From Catajapyx aquilonaris (taxonomy: Eukaryota): a stretch of DNA of 33,652 nt. Positions 12,800-26,602 of the stretch are shown here, piece by piece. The stretch lies in the NCBI GenBank assembly GCA_000934665.2, contig KZ539091.1, positions 1 through 33,652 on the forward strand. Reading direction: 5' to 3'. Each line of letters opens with the position of its first letter. The first letter of the stretch is position 1. A model generated the notes under the pieces. That model searched no databases, was not told where the DNA came from, and worked only from the letters and a program-made list of their open reading frames with translations. The translations under genes and the position numbers were made by a program.

Positions 12800-13860
12800 C
12801 AGCTTATCCGCGGCACACGCAGCAGATTAGCATCGTCGCTTGGCCCGCGCCGCATCGCCCATAATTTATCTGCCTCATTGCCGATGATGTCCGGATAATG
12901 CGTGCTGATGAAAGGCCCGCAGCCTATCTATCGCCTTCTATCGGGCCAGCCCCCGCGCTAGCTGCCATTCCCCGCAAGCAGGCCAGGCCAGGGCCACCAC
13001 CATAGTCTTTGCATCCATCCATTTAGAGAGGGAGCCTGGCTACAAAAAGCATCCTTTGGCACACTGATCATCATCATCAGGCAGTGTCGTCTGTGGCTGG
13101 CTGAACCCTGCGCTGCCCCCGGTTGCGCACAAGTCCTGCGCGGGGCGGTCCTTGGGCATTAGTGGCAAAAGCTTCATTGTGTATGTATCAAATGAAGTCT
13201 GGGTGTGATGGATTGGCACAGTACGGGGCATTTCATTTCCTGAACTCCCTTCAATTCCTGCGTGTGGGAAAAAATGCAAACGCGGAGAGATAAGCCAGCC
13301 AGCCGAGGCAGCAGCAGCAGCAGCAGCAAAAGCTAGCTAGCTGCTAGCTAGCTGGCTGGCTGGCTGGCTGCTGGCTGGAGAGTGGCAGTGGGGCCAGGCC
13401 GATAATGCCGGGGCGCAGATACAAAACCGGGGGCCCAAATGCCCCTATCACGTGGCAGCCAAGTGGAAGTAATGGCCGGCCCCGCCAACTTGGCTTTTCC
13501 ATCTCCATCCACATCTCGCCCCCCTTCATTTCCTCCCATTTTTCATCATAACACCTCGCTGCCTCCTCTTATACTCTGCTGCTGCTGCTGCTGCGTACTT
13601 TTTATTTCCCCCCCCCCTCCCCCCTCCCCTTTTCCACCCCCCTACCCTATCCACCCCTGCTGTGGACAGCAAGCACGCTTTGCTTACCAGCTAATAGAAC
13701 AGGGTGTAATAAGAGATGGAATAGAGCGGGTGGGCGGCATACTGAGAGGGTTCCCACCCCACAATTCGATTGCCACTGTGTATGCATCCCGCGATTTCCA
13801 TTCCCATTCCCTTCCCTTCCAGCATTCCGTTCTCTGGGGCTGCAATTCCATTCCGCATTT
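12800..13860. promoter_or_regulatory. GC-rich candidate enhancer or alternative promoter with GATA and CATTCC clusters
   Basis: Six GATA motifs in 12804-12942, more near 13289, 13401 and 13445, and four CATTCC in 13799-13854. Confidence 0.45.
13293..13378. repeat. Compound microsatellite (AGCC)n-(CAG)n-(GCTA)n-(GCTG)n
   Basis: Visible directly; the flanking blocks are complementary to each other. Confidence 0.85.
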
Positions 13861-15431
13861 TGCTCCAGCACCTGCGGATTATTAACACGTCTTTTTCCAC
13901 TCGCTCATTCGTCCCCCTCCCTTCGCCCAACAGGGCTGCTTTACTTTTCGAAACTGCCGCCCAACCACCCGCTCCTCTAACCGGGTTTTGCTGCTGATGC
14001 GGCGGCCCATTGGAAAGTCACACGACTGCTGCCTCGTTTCAGATACACTTGCTACTTTTAATGGTGATTAACTCATGCTATGATAAGAAAGGTTTTTTTA
14101 AAAAAATCTAGCGGGATGTGGGAGACTTTTCCGTCATCCCATCATGCGTGTATATCCTAACAATGTGCACCAACTAATGATTCGGTTGTAAAAATAACGT
14201 TCTATCCAAACATGAGACGGGAAACAGGAACCGGTTAAGCCTGACTCAGAGTGCGTTATTTACAATCAAATCTCTGCTGTACAGCATTGTAGTCAATTGT
14301 GTGCCAGACATCACAGGCAACGTACCCACGATTTCCATTTATATAAACTGCGAAAACAACGCGCTATATGAAATAAAGTTCCCTAACCTGCAACCGTAAG
14401 TAATTCTGTGGATTGATAGAGTTTGTTGTCTAAACAAACACAATATCGTTTGGGTCGGTATACTGGATGAATATCAGATGGAGATGGGCGGGCTGGGTAC
14501 GACACAGGTTGGGCAATCCGACTCTGACTGAGACGGATGGGCATAGGCACGTACGGTATGTCTGAGCATACCGGAGCTTGGTGAGAAAGTCGACCGGGCG
14601 GGGAAGGAACGATCCTGTCCGGCGATTCCTCGCATGCATGTAAGTGCTGAAAGGCCCGCATAATAAAATTGGTAGGGATGATGTGAATGAAAATCGGCGA
14701 GCGTTAGGGATTTTTTAATTAGAGGGCTTGGGGAAAAAGAGGCGGTGTGGAAAGGAAGAGGGGCAAATTGGACCCGGGGCCGAACCGTAGAACACCCCCC
14801 CCCCCCCTTTCTATCCATCTATCTGCTGGTCAAACTCGTGATCGTGACTCCTGCAATCACCGCGTGCTGTCTAGTCATGCACCACCTCGGCCAGCATTTT
14901 ATGGTTGCTTTATGGGCGCCCTCCCACCAAACACCTCTCGGCACATATCGCTCCACACCATCGCCCACCCCAATTACACACTCCCCACCTACCCCCACTT
15001 CGTATCCACCCCAACACCCTCTCTAAACACATACACCATGCACTACGGGGGTATCATCGCCGCGACCATCCTTTTCCCTGCAGTCACTCAAGCAGGATGC
15101 TTATCCCTTCCCGACACTCATTGGTCCAGACATGTCCAATCACAGCATTCTGACTGACCATACCACGACGCAAGTGGCTCATTGACGACGACAGACCGAA
15201 CCTCAGAAGACCTGTCACGCCACCATGCCCCCAGGAGCTACAAGAGCGTGAATCAAGCCAAGCCAAGCAGGGAAACGACGTCCCAAAAAATGATTACAGT
15301 GTGATATTCAATCGGGAAGAAAAGCGAAGGCGTTCCGATAAGCCCAGCTGTCCGCAAAGCACATACATAGCGATAAATCAGATGCGAAGGCGTGTCCAAG
15401 CGTCACGGCCCCACGCTTTTTTTATATTTCT

Positions 15432-15480
15432 TTCTTCTTCTTCTTCTTCTTCTTCTTCTTCTTCTTCTTCTTCTTCTTCT
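15432..15480 (+). repeat. (TTC)n microsatellite
   Basis: About 16 perfect units. Confidence 0.97.
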
Positions 15481-16638
15481 TTTCATCTCACCCTCCCTCA
15501 CCCCCACATCTCCGCCCACTGAGAGGAAAAGAAAACAATCATATTCATAATCTAATGTAAAAACCCACAGCACATTTCCCCAACGCCATCCATTTTCTCC
15601 AGCCCCTATCTCCGCTGCACATCTTCTCTTTCTTTTCCACCCACCCCCCGCACTCTTAATATTTACGATCCGTGTTGCGCGCGCCACGTGACTTCACCCA
15701 CTATACACCATATATGCCAGATCATACCGTAACCCACACCTGTCCACCAACCATCAATCCGGCCCATTTACTTTATATTATTTTTAATTCATTTATTTGT
15801 CGCGAGATATGGGTAAAAATAGAGCCATTTGTGTGGTGCCCAAATGACGTTGTCTTCTTCGGTTCTCACCGGAGCATGATGATCTTCACGTTGCACACCT
15901 TTTTACTCCATGGCCCCCAGGCCGCCTTACTTATATTGCACCTCCAGCACCATTATGCACACTATACTTTGGCTATCTGGCAAGAAATCATCCCACACCT
16001 GCATCATAAACGCGCCCCTCTTCGATCAACTGCTTGGGTCTAATTTCACGCCAAAAGAAAACCGGCTAACGTCCTGGGGAAAAAAAAGAAGAAAAAAAAA
16101 ATCCACCTCCCACCTCCACTAAATAAGACACGAGAACCGGGCGTCTTGTTGGGACAAAAAATGCCGTTTTCCACTACATAATATTATCGCCCGCCTTTAT
16201 CAATGCATATGATGGCCAAGTATGGCGGGTAACTTGGGACAAAATGTGGCGTGGGAGCACGTGTTCTCTAAACGACCTGCCCCTGCAACTACACTAAAAC
16301 GGCGACCCTGACAAATCCGTACAAAAAAAAGCAGCCGTTAGCCTAACCTGCGACCTGTGATTGCTTACAATATGTGGTCCACTTTTACGCTGACCACTAA
16401 TGCAATGGTTCCCCCTCATAACACCGCACACCTTCGGAATGCGCAAGTGCAATATACCCTACATATAGCGTCAATATCTCAAGGTTTCCTAAGAGCGCCA
16501 TTAGTTGCTACTCATAAGCCCATATCAAAATATAAGTCCGAGGTCTCCGGTGACTCCGTTACTTGGAATTTTTACTGCACAAATTGTACGCTTGAAAAGA
16601 AATGGTGACGACATAAATTTCAGCTTGCATAATATATG

Positions 16639-16719
16639 CTATATCGCTCAAAATGATGGGAGACACTTTTGCATTCGGCTTCAACGCAAAATCGTCTTCA
16701 TCTTTTTTGAGCGATATAG
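16639..16719. repeat. Small inverted-repeat element CTATATCGCTCAAAA...TTTTGAGCGATATAG (longer copy)
   Basis: 15-bp inverted repeats flank about 50 bp. A related copy lies at 7929-7966. Confidence 0.7.
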
Positions 16720-19700
16720 TACAGTACACCTGTGATACCTGATGGTAACAACCCCTCCAGCATGGTTCTGGCACGCTACAGGTAAGTGCATCGCGCTCTA
16801 ACCAGTACTTTCGACCCACACTTTCGGCCTCTCCCAATGGACATAGAGTGAGTCCCGAGAGAAGACAAGCGTCTCGGAGAGTGCTCATCCATCCATCAGT
16901 TTGCACCAATATCTGATGAACGAGTGGATGGAAGATGAGGAGGAGGTGCTTGCGGCCAACTAAATTACTACGCCACACCTTCCCACTGCACACCAACAAG
17001 AAGGGCAGTCACGATTTTCCCTGCCTAGGGCTACATTTATAAAAGCTACAGTCTACTTTCGTATACCCCCAACCATTTTTTATGCCTCACAACTAAAGAT
17101 AAAAGTGGTACCGGTACCATCTCAAAAGATGCAACCTGGTGCGCCTATGCAACACAAGACATGTTAGGACACCTACTGGCCAACAGCTAACATGTAGGGG
17201 GAGGTAAAACTTTGAATAAAATGTGAGGAAACGATCCGAATAATTTAGTCCGCGGAAGGCAGTTGATAATAAGACGAATAAATCCCGACTCCTTATCTTA
17301 ATCGAGTTCACCTGAAACCCTAAAGGAAGGTGTCATCTTGGGGGCCCTTTTAGCACCCTTGATGATGATAGCCCGCAACAACAGGCCTGCAAGGGAAGAT
17401 TTATGCTCCCTGGTCTTCGGATGGAGGGGGGGGGGGGGGTAAGACTGGACTGGACAAGGCAAAAAGAAAAGAGAGGATGGTGAGGGCTAGGATGGGGTGG
17501 GTGAAAAACGCATTAAATTTCCCGTCTTGTTTTCAGTCCCGGTGGTCTTTAACGCTCCATCTGATCATGCATTTGCCCCGACTTTTCCTCCGATCGATCC
17601 TGTCGCCTTAATGACACTTTTCCAAGGCAGCAAATTAAGCCTGATTTATAGGTGCAACAAGCGCTTCCCCAAATAAATCAATGGGTTTTTTTTCGACTTT
17701 ATTTCTCTCCTTTTTTTTTGTTTTCGTGGTTGGGTCGCGTCTCGTCCAGGTAACTGGTTACCCACGGCATCTGGCCGATTCTCACGCCAGCTTCCACGTG
17801 GGACCATTGATGTTACGTCAAAGCATAATAAGCGCACTGAGGTTGGTGCAGCACATGTCAATTTCCTTATCTGGATTTAAATCCAAAGTTGCATGTTAAT
17901 AAAATAATGACAGATTTAAATTGCGTCCATTTGGTTGATTATTGTTAGCAATTGTCGCCACTCTGATCATATTTCGGTAATTCTGCAAAAATATAACCAT
18001 GAAATCGCATGAAATTGCAATATTGTCCAACATATTCCTCCAAAGGGTACGCGGCTCTCGTAATTACAACATAGCTTATTACATGCCCCGCCTGGGTATC
18101 AACATTTTTTCCTATTAGCAAATATCTCCTCCACCCCCCACCCCGGGTCGTCTATCCTGTTTTTGAAGCTGTTTTGAGCTTGTGGGAAAAGATCCTCATG
18201 GCGATAACAGGAACGAAACTCATTCTCACAACTGACCAATACACAAAGTTCAATTTACACTCCAACAATATTACATTTTCACTACATTTTAAATTCATCG
18301 ACTGAGCTATGTAACCATCCAATATTTTTTCTCCAAAAAAAAATCACAATCATCAATCATGAAAAATTTTACATACGAGACTTTCTGCCCTCAACTCCAT
18401 CGACTATGCATTAGAGTGACGCCAAGAAACTTGGACGACGTCTCCATAATCCCAGCCACTTACCAAGACTTTCAGCTTACAGAACCTCAAACATCTCGGC
18501 AACGCCACATTCCTGCAGTTATTACAGCACACGCTTTGCCTGGCACTAACAAGCGCATTTCCCAAAAACAAAATCTTGCAATCCACTTCTATCGCCAGCC
18601 ACGTGCCCCACCCGCCAAAAACGCAACGCACATAATTATTTCCCCTTCCAAAATAACTCATTCGAGGCATTCAGCATGTCGCAACTGTCAATCGGTACCC
18701 CCCCTCAAAATTTGCATGAAAATCATCCAGCTTACTCAGACTAGATCATGATTCTCCCAATTCCTGCAGCAACTAGTGGGCAAAGGTGGCTTACTCCACA
18801 AACACTCTGCCGCTTTCCCAACCGATCTTCACCTAATAGTCCCCTATAGGACCTCACGTGCCCCAACGACAACACTCGTCTCCCGAGGAAATGCACCCAT
18901 TATAGGCACCAATGACAAATGCAACAGTGACGTCGTTTCCCCTTCTCCCTCCATCCAATCAGGAGCCGGAAATGTTCGCCTTCAGTCACGTGCCAAGCGC
19001 TTAAAAAATAACAATAAAAAAGTACTAGGGGTGGAAGGGTGGGGTGGGGGGGGGGTGTCCCATTTGAATCCGGCAAATGGACACTTTGTAAGCTGCAATG
19101 CCTGCCGCCTGATTGATGCACAGACTACCGGGGTGGAGCGGAAGAGGGGGGACGGTTATACACCCTGTCCTATAACCCTCCCCTGGGAAAAAAAATCATC
19201 GTCTGAAAAATGAAAGTGAGTCACGTATGGTCATGCATCCCGTAATGACTTTGCTGCAACATTGACGCCATAACTTGAAACTTTTTCTGCACTGATTTAT
19301 CACATGGTCATTCGTTCTTGGCAGATTCAGCAGCACGTGGACTACGGGCAATGAAAATTACCTATGAATCCCACTTAGCTCTAACCAGAATAAAAGTTAC
19401 CGAATCACGTATATGTAAAAAAAAAAAAAACAGAAATATTATTAAGTGATCTGGCCGTGGTAGGTTGGTCCCTAACCTATAATCCTAACCTAAATTGTTC
19501 CCCACCCATTTCCCCCTCTACTACAAGCAGGCATATACTAAACATCGGCCCTAAAAGCACCCAGCCTGATTCATAGTGCGAAGCTACATGAATTATTTAG
19601 TCGCCAATTTTAATGCCTAAACATCCCACCAGAACAGCTGGTGGGCACATGGTGGGAACCTTCAAATAGCCGCAATACACTTTGTCCTTGCAAACGGCTA

Positions 19701-22700
19701 TCCTTATTCTAAGACGCTCATTTCCTCCAAGTATTATACGACAGCCCTTATATAGACTACTGTCTATAGGTACACCCTATAGTGCAAGCACTGTAGATCT
19801 GATCATATCAGAGGCCCCCACTAAGCGCATTAACCTTTAATCGGCAAGGATTATTGGCAAGAACAAGCCTACTCGAAGATATCGTCACGCATCCAAGCAC
19901 AAAATCGATAGTCAGCCATAATATTTCATGCAACACGCCTATTTTTCTTTCATTTGCCTCACTATGGTCAAATATTTAGGAACCAATCACAGGATTCCAT
20001 TCTCCCCCACCTCCTTCATTCAACATCTATTACCCTTCATATACATAACATTGATCCAGATCCGAAGCCTTAACCATATTGGGTCACATATGACATAAAA
20101 AGGACCGCCTCGATTCTCACCACTCAACCTGTGTATACCCCCTTGTCTATACTCTACCAATCACTTGAGAAAGTTCAAGCTATTCAACTTGGCGCAGGCA
20201 CCCCTCTTTAAAAAAATAATAATAAAAATAAAAAAAAGATCCCCCAACGCACATTCAAATATTACATGAAGTACACCACGTCGATACGCATTTATTCCTG
20301 CGTTTTTAATCAACTAATATCCCGAAATTGCCAATGGCGCGCACTATTTCTCCTTCAGATAAACCGCTGAATAACTTACAGCACACGTTCAATTTCAGGC
20401 CAACTATGCCCCGATGTTGATCTATACCGACTTCTCATTTTCTCGTGCTCAGAAAGTGGGTGTCGATATCAAAGCGGAATATATGCAACGACCATGCCTT
20501 AGCGATCGCGGTCGGCCACTACAGTTACCTACAGGTCCGTGGAAAAATGCCAGTAATGCCAACGATGCCGTAACAACTAGAGATCTAGGGTACCGCATGT
20601 CGAAATCCATAGGTCCATATGAGAAGTATCCATTCCATGCACACAAAAAAAACATCAACATATACCCAGATTTGCTTACATTTAATTATCCACCTGCTAA
20701 TTAGGGACCACCCTGGATGCTGGGTATAAGACGTTACATGGAAGCTTTCCCCCTATATTCCCAGAGGGGCCAATCACCCACGTCACTTCCTGGCTGAATC
20801 TACTGGGTACTTTCTGAACCATGCACCGTGGAGGATACATAAACATGCAGCTGACTATCATAATATAGGGCAGGAAATGACGTGTGTCGCAGGTTCCAGA
20901 TAAGCGTCAAGGTACGCCAGGCTGGCTCAGCCTTATCGGATCCAGCCTGCAAGAAAGACACAGGAGGACCCACCCATCACCCAGCTATACCCACACATGA
21001 TAGATGCATACGTGCATTCATCTGCGAGCCCATCTTTGGAATGCAGGTAACACGTTTGGGCGCGTGAGTTGGGCCCTTCTTTCCCGGGCTACGTGTCGGA
21101 ATGTGCCACCCCCCACCCCCCACCCTTCCATCCCATAATCTGTTTGTCCCATCAACTCAGTCCCACTAAATTCATCAAGGCTCCCAAAGCGACCCTGATG
21201 GTGTAAATGAGACTGACTGATTTGACTGACAGAGGCTTCCTTCAAAAAAACCCGGCACTAATATGTGGGCAGGGATGCAAACTTTACCAACTCGGACTGA
21301 AGAAAAAAAAATGCCACAAGTTGGTACACAAACTTTGATAATTATCTTATCCGAAGTCAGCCTGAGAAGTCTGGAATATTCTGGCTGGCATGATGTAATA
21401 TTCAAGATGGACCAACTGCATCCCGCCTTCTGTGAGTACCGGAATTACTACATGTCAGGTCCTCCACTGACTCCGTACCGGGCACCGATTTTTCCTCCAC
21501 TTGTAAACGATGACGTGAACGTAGTTCAAAATCATTCTGAACCCTTGATTCTCGCAGCATATACAGCTCCACATGCGCCAGTTGATGCCTGAGGCCACCA
21601 AGCCGAGAGATGTGTTATCAGACGCAAATGGACGATAAGGGGAGTTTGTCCTTTCTCCCCGCACGTTACTATAGCACTTAGGTGCGAATGTAACGTGATA
21701 CACATGTAATCGTTTACGTGGCTATAGAACCGAATAGCAAGAAGCTTATCTCCAGAGTGCCAGCTGCAACGAGTCACCTTCAAAACTTATACGCCGAACT
21801 TGACAATATATCGCTAAGTTTCTCCATTCTATGCTCAAGAACCAAGAAGTGATTTTATGCCCGTTGTTACACTGTTACGACAGCAAACTTCCTTATTTAT
21901 ATTTCTTTGTTTCGGTTGCATTCCTCAGCCCCGGAGATCATTCGGTCTCTATCGCTCAGATATTATTAATCTCATATCCATGCGCAATCGTGCCGTTTCG
22001 GTGCCAGGAACATCGTTTCTTTGTGTGGATGTAATCGGGACCCTATACTTTCAGATTGCCTTACGATATGAACAAAATGAGAAAAAAAGAGAGAGAGAAA
22101 AACAAAGTACACTAAGAGATTCTTCGAAACTTCACCTCCCGTCTGATTTCCGCATCAAATCTAGAAACGCGACACAAATTACGAATTTCAAATTAATATT
22201 GAATTATTCCTAAGGTCGTCACTTTCTGCAATGCAATTTATGGAAATAGAGGCACCATTCAAGGTCATGGGACGACTTGACTGCACGTGTCGCCGATGGA
22301 ATGTAACATTTTGCCTACCTCTGGATTATGCATTCTATGTAGATTTGCTTACCTTTGTCAGAAGGTTGCACATAATGATTTGGTGAGACAAGTCTGAAAA
22401 CAGTACTGAGGCAATGGTCAATGTACTGTACTTGCCCCAGATAAATCAGAATCTGCGTATATTCCGCCGAGTCTAAACCTCCTAAACAGGGGAGCTGCAC
22501 ATATACCTGTTTATAACTGTTACGCATCGGATATGCAGATATCCTCGACCCAAACAGCTGCCAGTTATGATAGGAACATTACAAGTATATATGAAAAAAT
22601 AACTATCAGGTAATAACTTCCCCATTACCCCGAACCCTGCCCAGCACGTACGGTCTAGTGATTGGACGCCGTCCTGCTGTGTTGTCTTCAGCCAAATATC

Positions 22701-24889
22701 ATGAATTTGGTAATGCTTCAAATCGAAATGGCATACACCTGATATTACCTTTCAGACTCCTGTACATGCTTGAAATGCGTACGTGACAAGCCATATCAAT
22801 GCCGTCATCATATTCAAATCAATGCCAAGTGCATTATTAAGGGGTAATGCACACTTAGATTTCATGCGCTTCGAGGCCTTTTGGGCTGTCTTATACTACA
22901 TGCGACGTACTGTACGGGTGTTTTTTAAAAGAGAGCTAGGTGCTTAAATATTTGATGGTTATTTTGGCTGTAGATGTTGCGAAAGGCGATTTCTGGCAAC
23001 TTTAACTTTTTTAAAAAATATCAGTAAATTATTATGTATCTATACAGTATAAGACATGCTCCATACGCTTTATAAGCTCTATCCTAGTTTTACTTGAATT
23101 TTTAAAAAATACAAGTGATTTGCGAGCCAAAATTATCGTATCGAAGTTTCCTGCAGACGAGGAGATTCCAGCGTCTTTTAAAATTCAACTTCCGGGTTAA
23201 TATTACATCAAATTTGACTATACATAAAAGCTCAGCGGTCTCTCACATTTCTGGTTATTTCATGCAGTTTACCAATTCCGGCTGACAAAATAACTGAGCC
23301 AGATGCGGAATCAGTCGATGACCCGAAATCCTGCGCTTTGATACATCCCACTCCAAAGTATATTTGATTACAATTTCCACGAACCCGAGCTTTGACTTTC
23401 CTTTCCGTCTCATTGTAAACACATTTAAAAAGCAGCAGTCGCATTTCCGGGTATATTGACAAAAGCCTACCCATCTTCACTGTATATTGGCCAGGGTAGG
23501 TCTATATCATTACTTTTTTTCGACTTCAAAAAAAGTCTTGATTATTGTCTCGTCGTATCACTTTCAAACAGTAAACTTGCGATAATTCGAACCACTTTAG
23601 AATCCCTCTCATAACTGGAACTCTTGGCCTTTAGGTGATAAATAAGAAATGATAAGCTTTGTTCACTGGACGCTCTTTAATCACTGTCCCTCGTCAACTT
23701 ATCCCGAGTTGATTGCACTGTACTCAAATAAGCTGTACCCCAATCACATGTGGATCTCTGATAACTTGTGCTCCGAGGTAAACGGATAAAATATAACACG
23801 AGCATACGCTTCTGTGACAACAGCTTCAAGTTAATGCAAAAAGACCCATCGGGAAACTCGTCTTCTGGATTATAATTATATTATAAAAATTCTTTCATGT
23901 ATAGTGTATGGTAACAGTACATGTTGGAATATACCCTATATACCTATACGTCCATAAGCCACCTCTTGGCCAGCCCTGATGGTTCGCAAGGTTTCAGGGT
24001 CCGAGAATATAGATCGGTGATTAATTAGCGATAAATATTCTACCAAGACTCCCACTCAATTTCTGAGCCGCTAAGTGAGCTCTATTGAACAAGACTTGGG
24101 GAGCCCCAAGTGCTCCAAGAAAAGTCATTTCGGCGTGGGAAAAATCGAACGCATATACGTTTATATACACGTTCCGCATTTCCCACGCACATCGTTTGAA
24201 GGTCGTAACTCCCTTGCCCAAAACAGACAATAAATATCGGCCTGCTTCAAGACTCGGGGGTCTCCTATAAACGACTGGAGATATGGGTGGCATTTTATCT
24301 GTCAAAGGATTAAAATATTCTAATCTCACTTCAATAGTGATTACCTTTTCATATGTTCTGAAAATAAGAGCTGTGGAGTGGTTACAGCGATTGAATCAAG
24401 TGTAAAGGTAAGTATTGGTATGGCAAATATGCTCCAGAAGATTGGTTCTGAAATTAGCATTAAAATAATATTACAAGTATACAGTATTATGGATAGTTTA
24501 AATTTTGGCCTGATTGCATTTCATAGGTTGAATGTGGGCGCGCAAGTGACGTGCGATGACTGACTGATACGGACATTTAAAAAAATTACCTGATCAAAAT
24601 CGCATGAATAGGACATGTAATGCCAATGTGCCGAACATTAATATCAGAAACATGGCCTGCCCGTACAGCATATGATGTGTCATGAAGGTTGGGAATGCTA
24701 ATCTTACACTTTCGTTGGACCAACAGTGTCGAATCAAATTGCAGGCTTGCACCTGGCATTTAATGTTACATTGAACTTTCAGTATTTATGATCATGTTCA
24801 TTTTCCCGTGCAGTACAGATGTATCGAAGTACACCTTACTCGTATTGCAAGCTGCCAGCCCCGTCATGGGTGTAATGCTCTTTAATGAG

Positions 24890-25175
24890 TCTTATGAGAT
24901 ATAAATAACTTCAATCGTTTTTTTCGACATGGGAAATTTTCTCATCACATCAGGTTACTGTAGTACGATGCAATGACCATGTGTCACTGCTCAGGCAAAT
25001 TAAATTGTTATTTAATATTCAACCTTGGAAGGTAAACTCCTGGTGTCACATGCAAAACCTGCATTAACTTACAGTATAGATATTTCCAATTCTTATAGTG
25101 CATCAATAATTGCCATTAGCCTTGAAACTTAGGCCCTACTTGAGTGAAAAAATAAAGACACAAAAACGTTACACT
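24890..25175 (+). repeat. Old dispersed repeat, copy 1
   Basis: Blocks TCTTATGAGATA, TTTTTCGACA, AAATTTTCTCA, TCAGGTTACT, TAGCCTTGAAA, TAGGCCCT and CTTGAGTG occur in the same order at 28369-28580. Confidence 0.75.
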
Positions 25176-25595
25176 TGAACAAACGCTCTGGGAAACAATG
25201 GCTAGATATGTTAGATAAAAATAGAACCTGTATTATTCTCAGTGACCCGCAATAAAAATACAGTACCAAGTTGTAGACCGATATATCAAGAATATCTCAA
25301 CAATCCTATTTCACAATACGTAACTTGCTTATCTAATGTGGAGGGCATTTGGTCAATCGTCACAAGACACGCAATTATCTTGGAGCGTATAGAACAAAAT
25401 CTTAGGATTAATGACTGCTAAAATTCCAATTAAGTTAGTCACTCCGTTCCGGCATGTCAACGAAAATGTTCACAAATATTAACAGTCGGGCCCTTTATGA
25501 CCATGCAGGGTTCAATGTGCGATCATAAGGAATCACAAGATCAGGCCATATCTCCCAGAGTCATGAAATAATAATAGGCATGTTGGGTCAAAGGC

Positions 25596-25598
<3 letters not shown>

Positions 25599-25634
<36 letters not shown>
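25599..25634 (+). repeat. (GA)n microsatellite
   Basis: 18 units. Confidence 0.97.
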
Positions 25635-25637
<3 letters not shown>

Positions 25638-26180
25638 AATAGTGCATAGTGCAATAATATCCTCACCAAACGGTCCTTACTATGTTACCTCCACTGTCCT
25701 ACAGCTATAGTCATTTGACGAAAAAGTGTCTCGGAATTTCTCTAAAAATCTCTGCAGGGATTATCCATCAAGCATCGGTAACAAGCGTCCTCTATATCAT
25801 TAGGGCAGTGACTCCATTTAAATGTCAGGACAACTTCGTCGCGGGCATTCGGCCTATAATATCTGCCTATACAGTACACATTATTCCGTGCATGAAGCAG
25901 TTATCCTGCTTTTATCCTAACCTACACCCGGGGCTATCACTGACTTGTGAGTCTCCTCACAGGGAAAGTACATGTTCCAAGACATACTTGTAAACTGATA
26001 AGATCGCATTACAAAGTGTTTCATAATTAATAATTAACATAATATTATCATCGCATAATGTCAATGACCAATATAGGCCAAGTGGGAGAAATATAACAAA
26101 ATGTATTACTGTATATACCGTATATGTTTCACAATTTTCAAATAGTAGGCGAATATTGAGATTCCTTATTTATAGGTCTA

Positions 26181-26602
26181 CAGGGTGATTCCGGTAACTT
26201 TGGCAAAAATCACAGGGTGGGTAGAGGCCCCATAGTCAAGTATTTTGGGCTTCGGTACCTATGTCCGGAAATGCCCCCATACGGGGGTACGGCCGTTTCC
26301 ACCTTTAGTATGTTGCGCCTGTTGGGTAGGCAACCCATCGTACTCGAAGGTAGCGTTCATCAGGTTTTGCACTTGACATTCGCATGTTTTCACCTTCGTC
26401 TCCTCCACACGCGACACACCTGATGAACGCAAGTTTCGAGAACGATGGGTTGCCTACCCACCAGGCGCAACATACTAAAGGTGGAAAAGGCCGTACCCCC
26501 GTACGGGGGCATTTCCGGACATGGGTACCGAAGCTCAAAATACTGGCCTATGGGGCCTCTACCCACCCTGTGATTTTTGCCAAAGTTAACGGAATCACCC
26601 TG
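26181..26602. mobile_element. Tc1/mariner-type MITE (422 bp) with about 185-bp terminal inverted repeats and TA target-site duplication
   Basis: TA|CAGGGTGATTCCG...CGGAATCACCCTG|TA. Arms 26181-26365 and 26418-26602 are near-perfect reverse complements around a 52-bp spacer. No coding capacity. Confidence 0.92.

Noticed and set aside
15403..15687. Poly-Arg, poly-Ser and poly-Leu ORFs (also 31548-31754)
   Set aside because: These are translations of microsatellites.
19027..19056. G-quadruplex-like G-run cluster
   Set aside because: G/C runs are common throughout the window and nothing indicates a specific function here.
20522..20552. Possible ratchet point TTTTTCCACGGACCTGTAG|GTAACT on the minus strand
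   Set aside because: Interrupted pyrimidine tract and a weaker donor; expected by chance.
22826..23230. Possible DNA transposon remnant (TTAAGGGG start, TACGGGTGTTTTTT)
   Set aside because: No matching second terminus was found.
24583..24612. Possible ratchet point TTTTGATCAG|GTAATT on the minus strand
   Set aside because: Short pyrimidine tract; not distinguishable from background.
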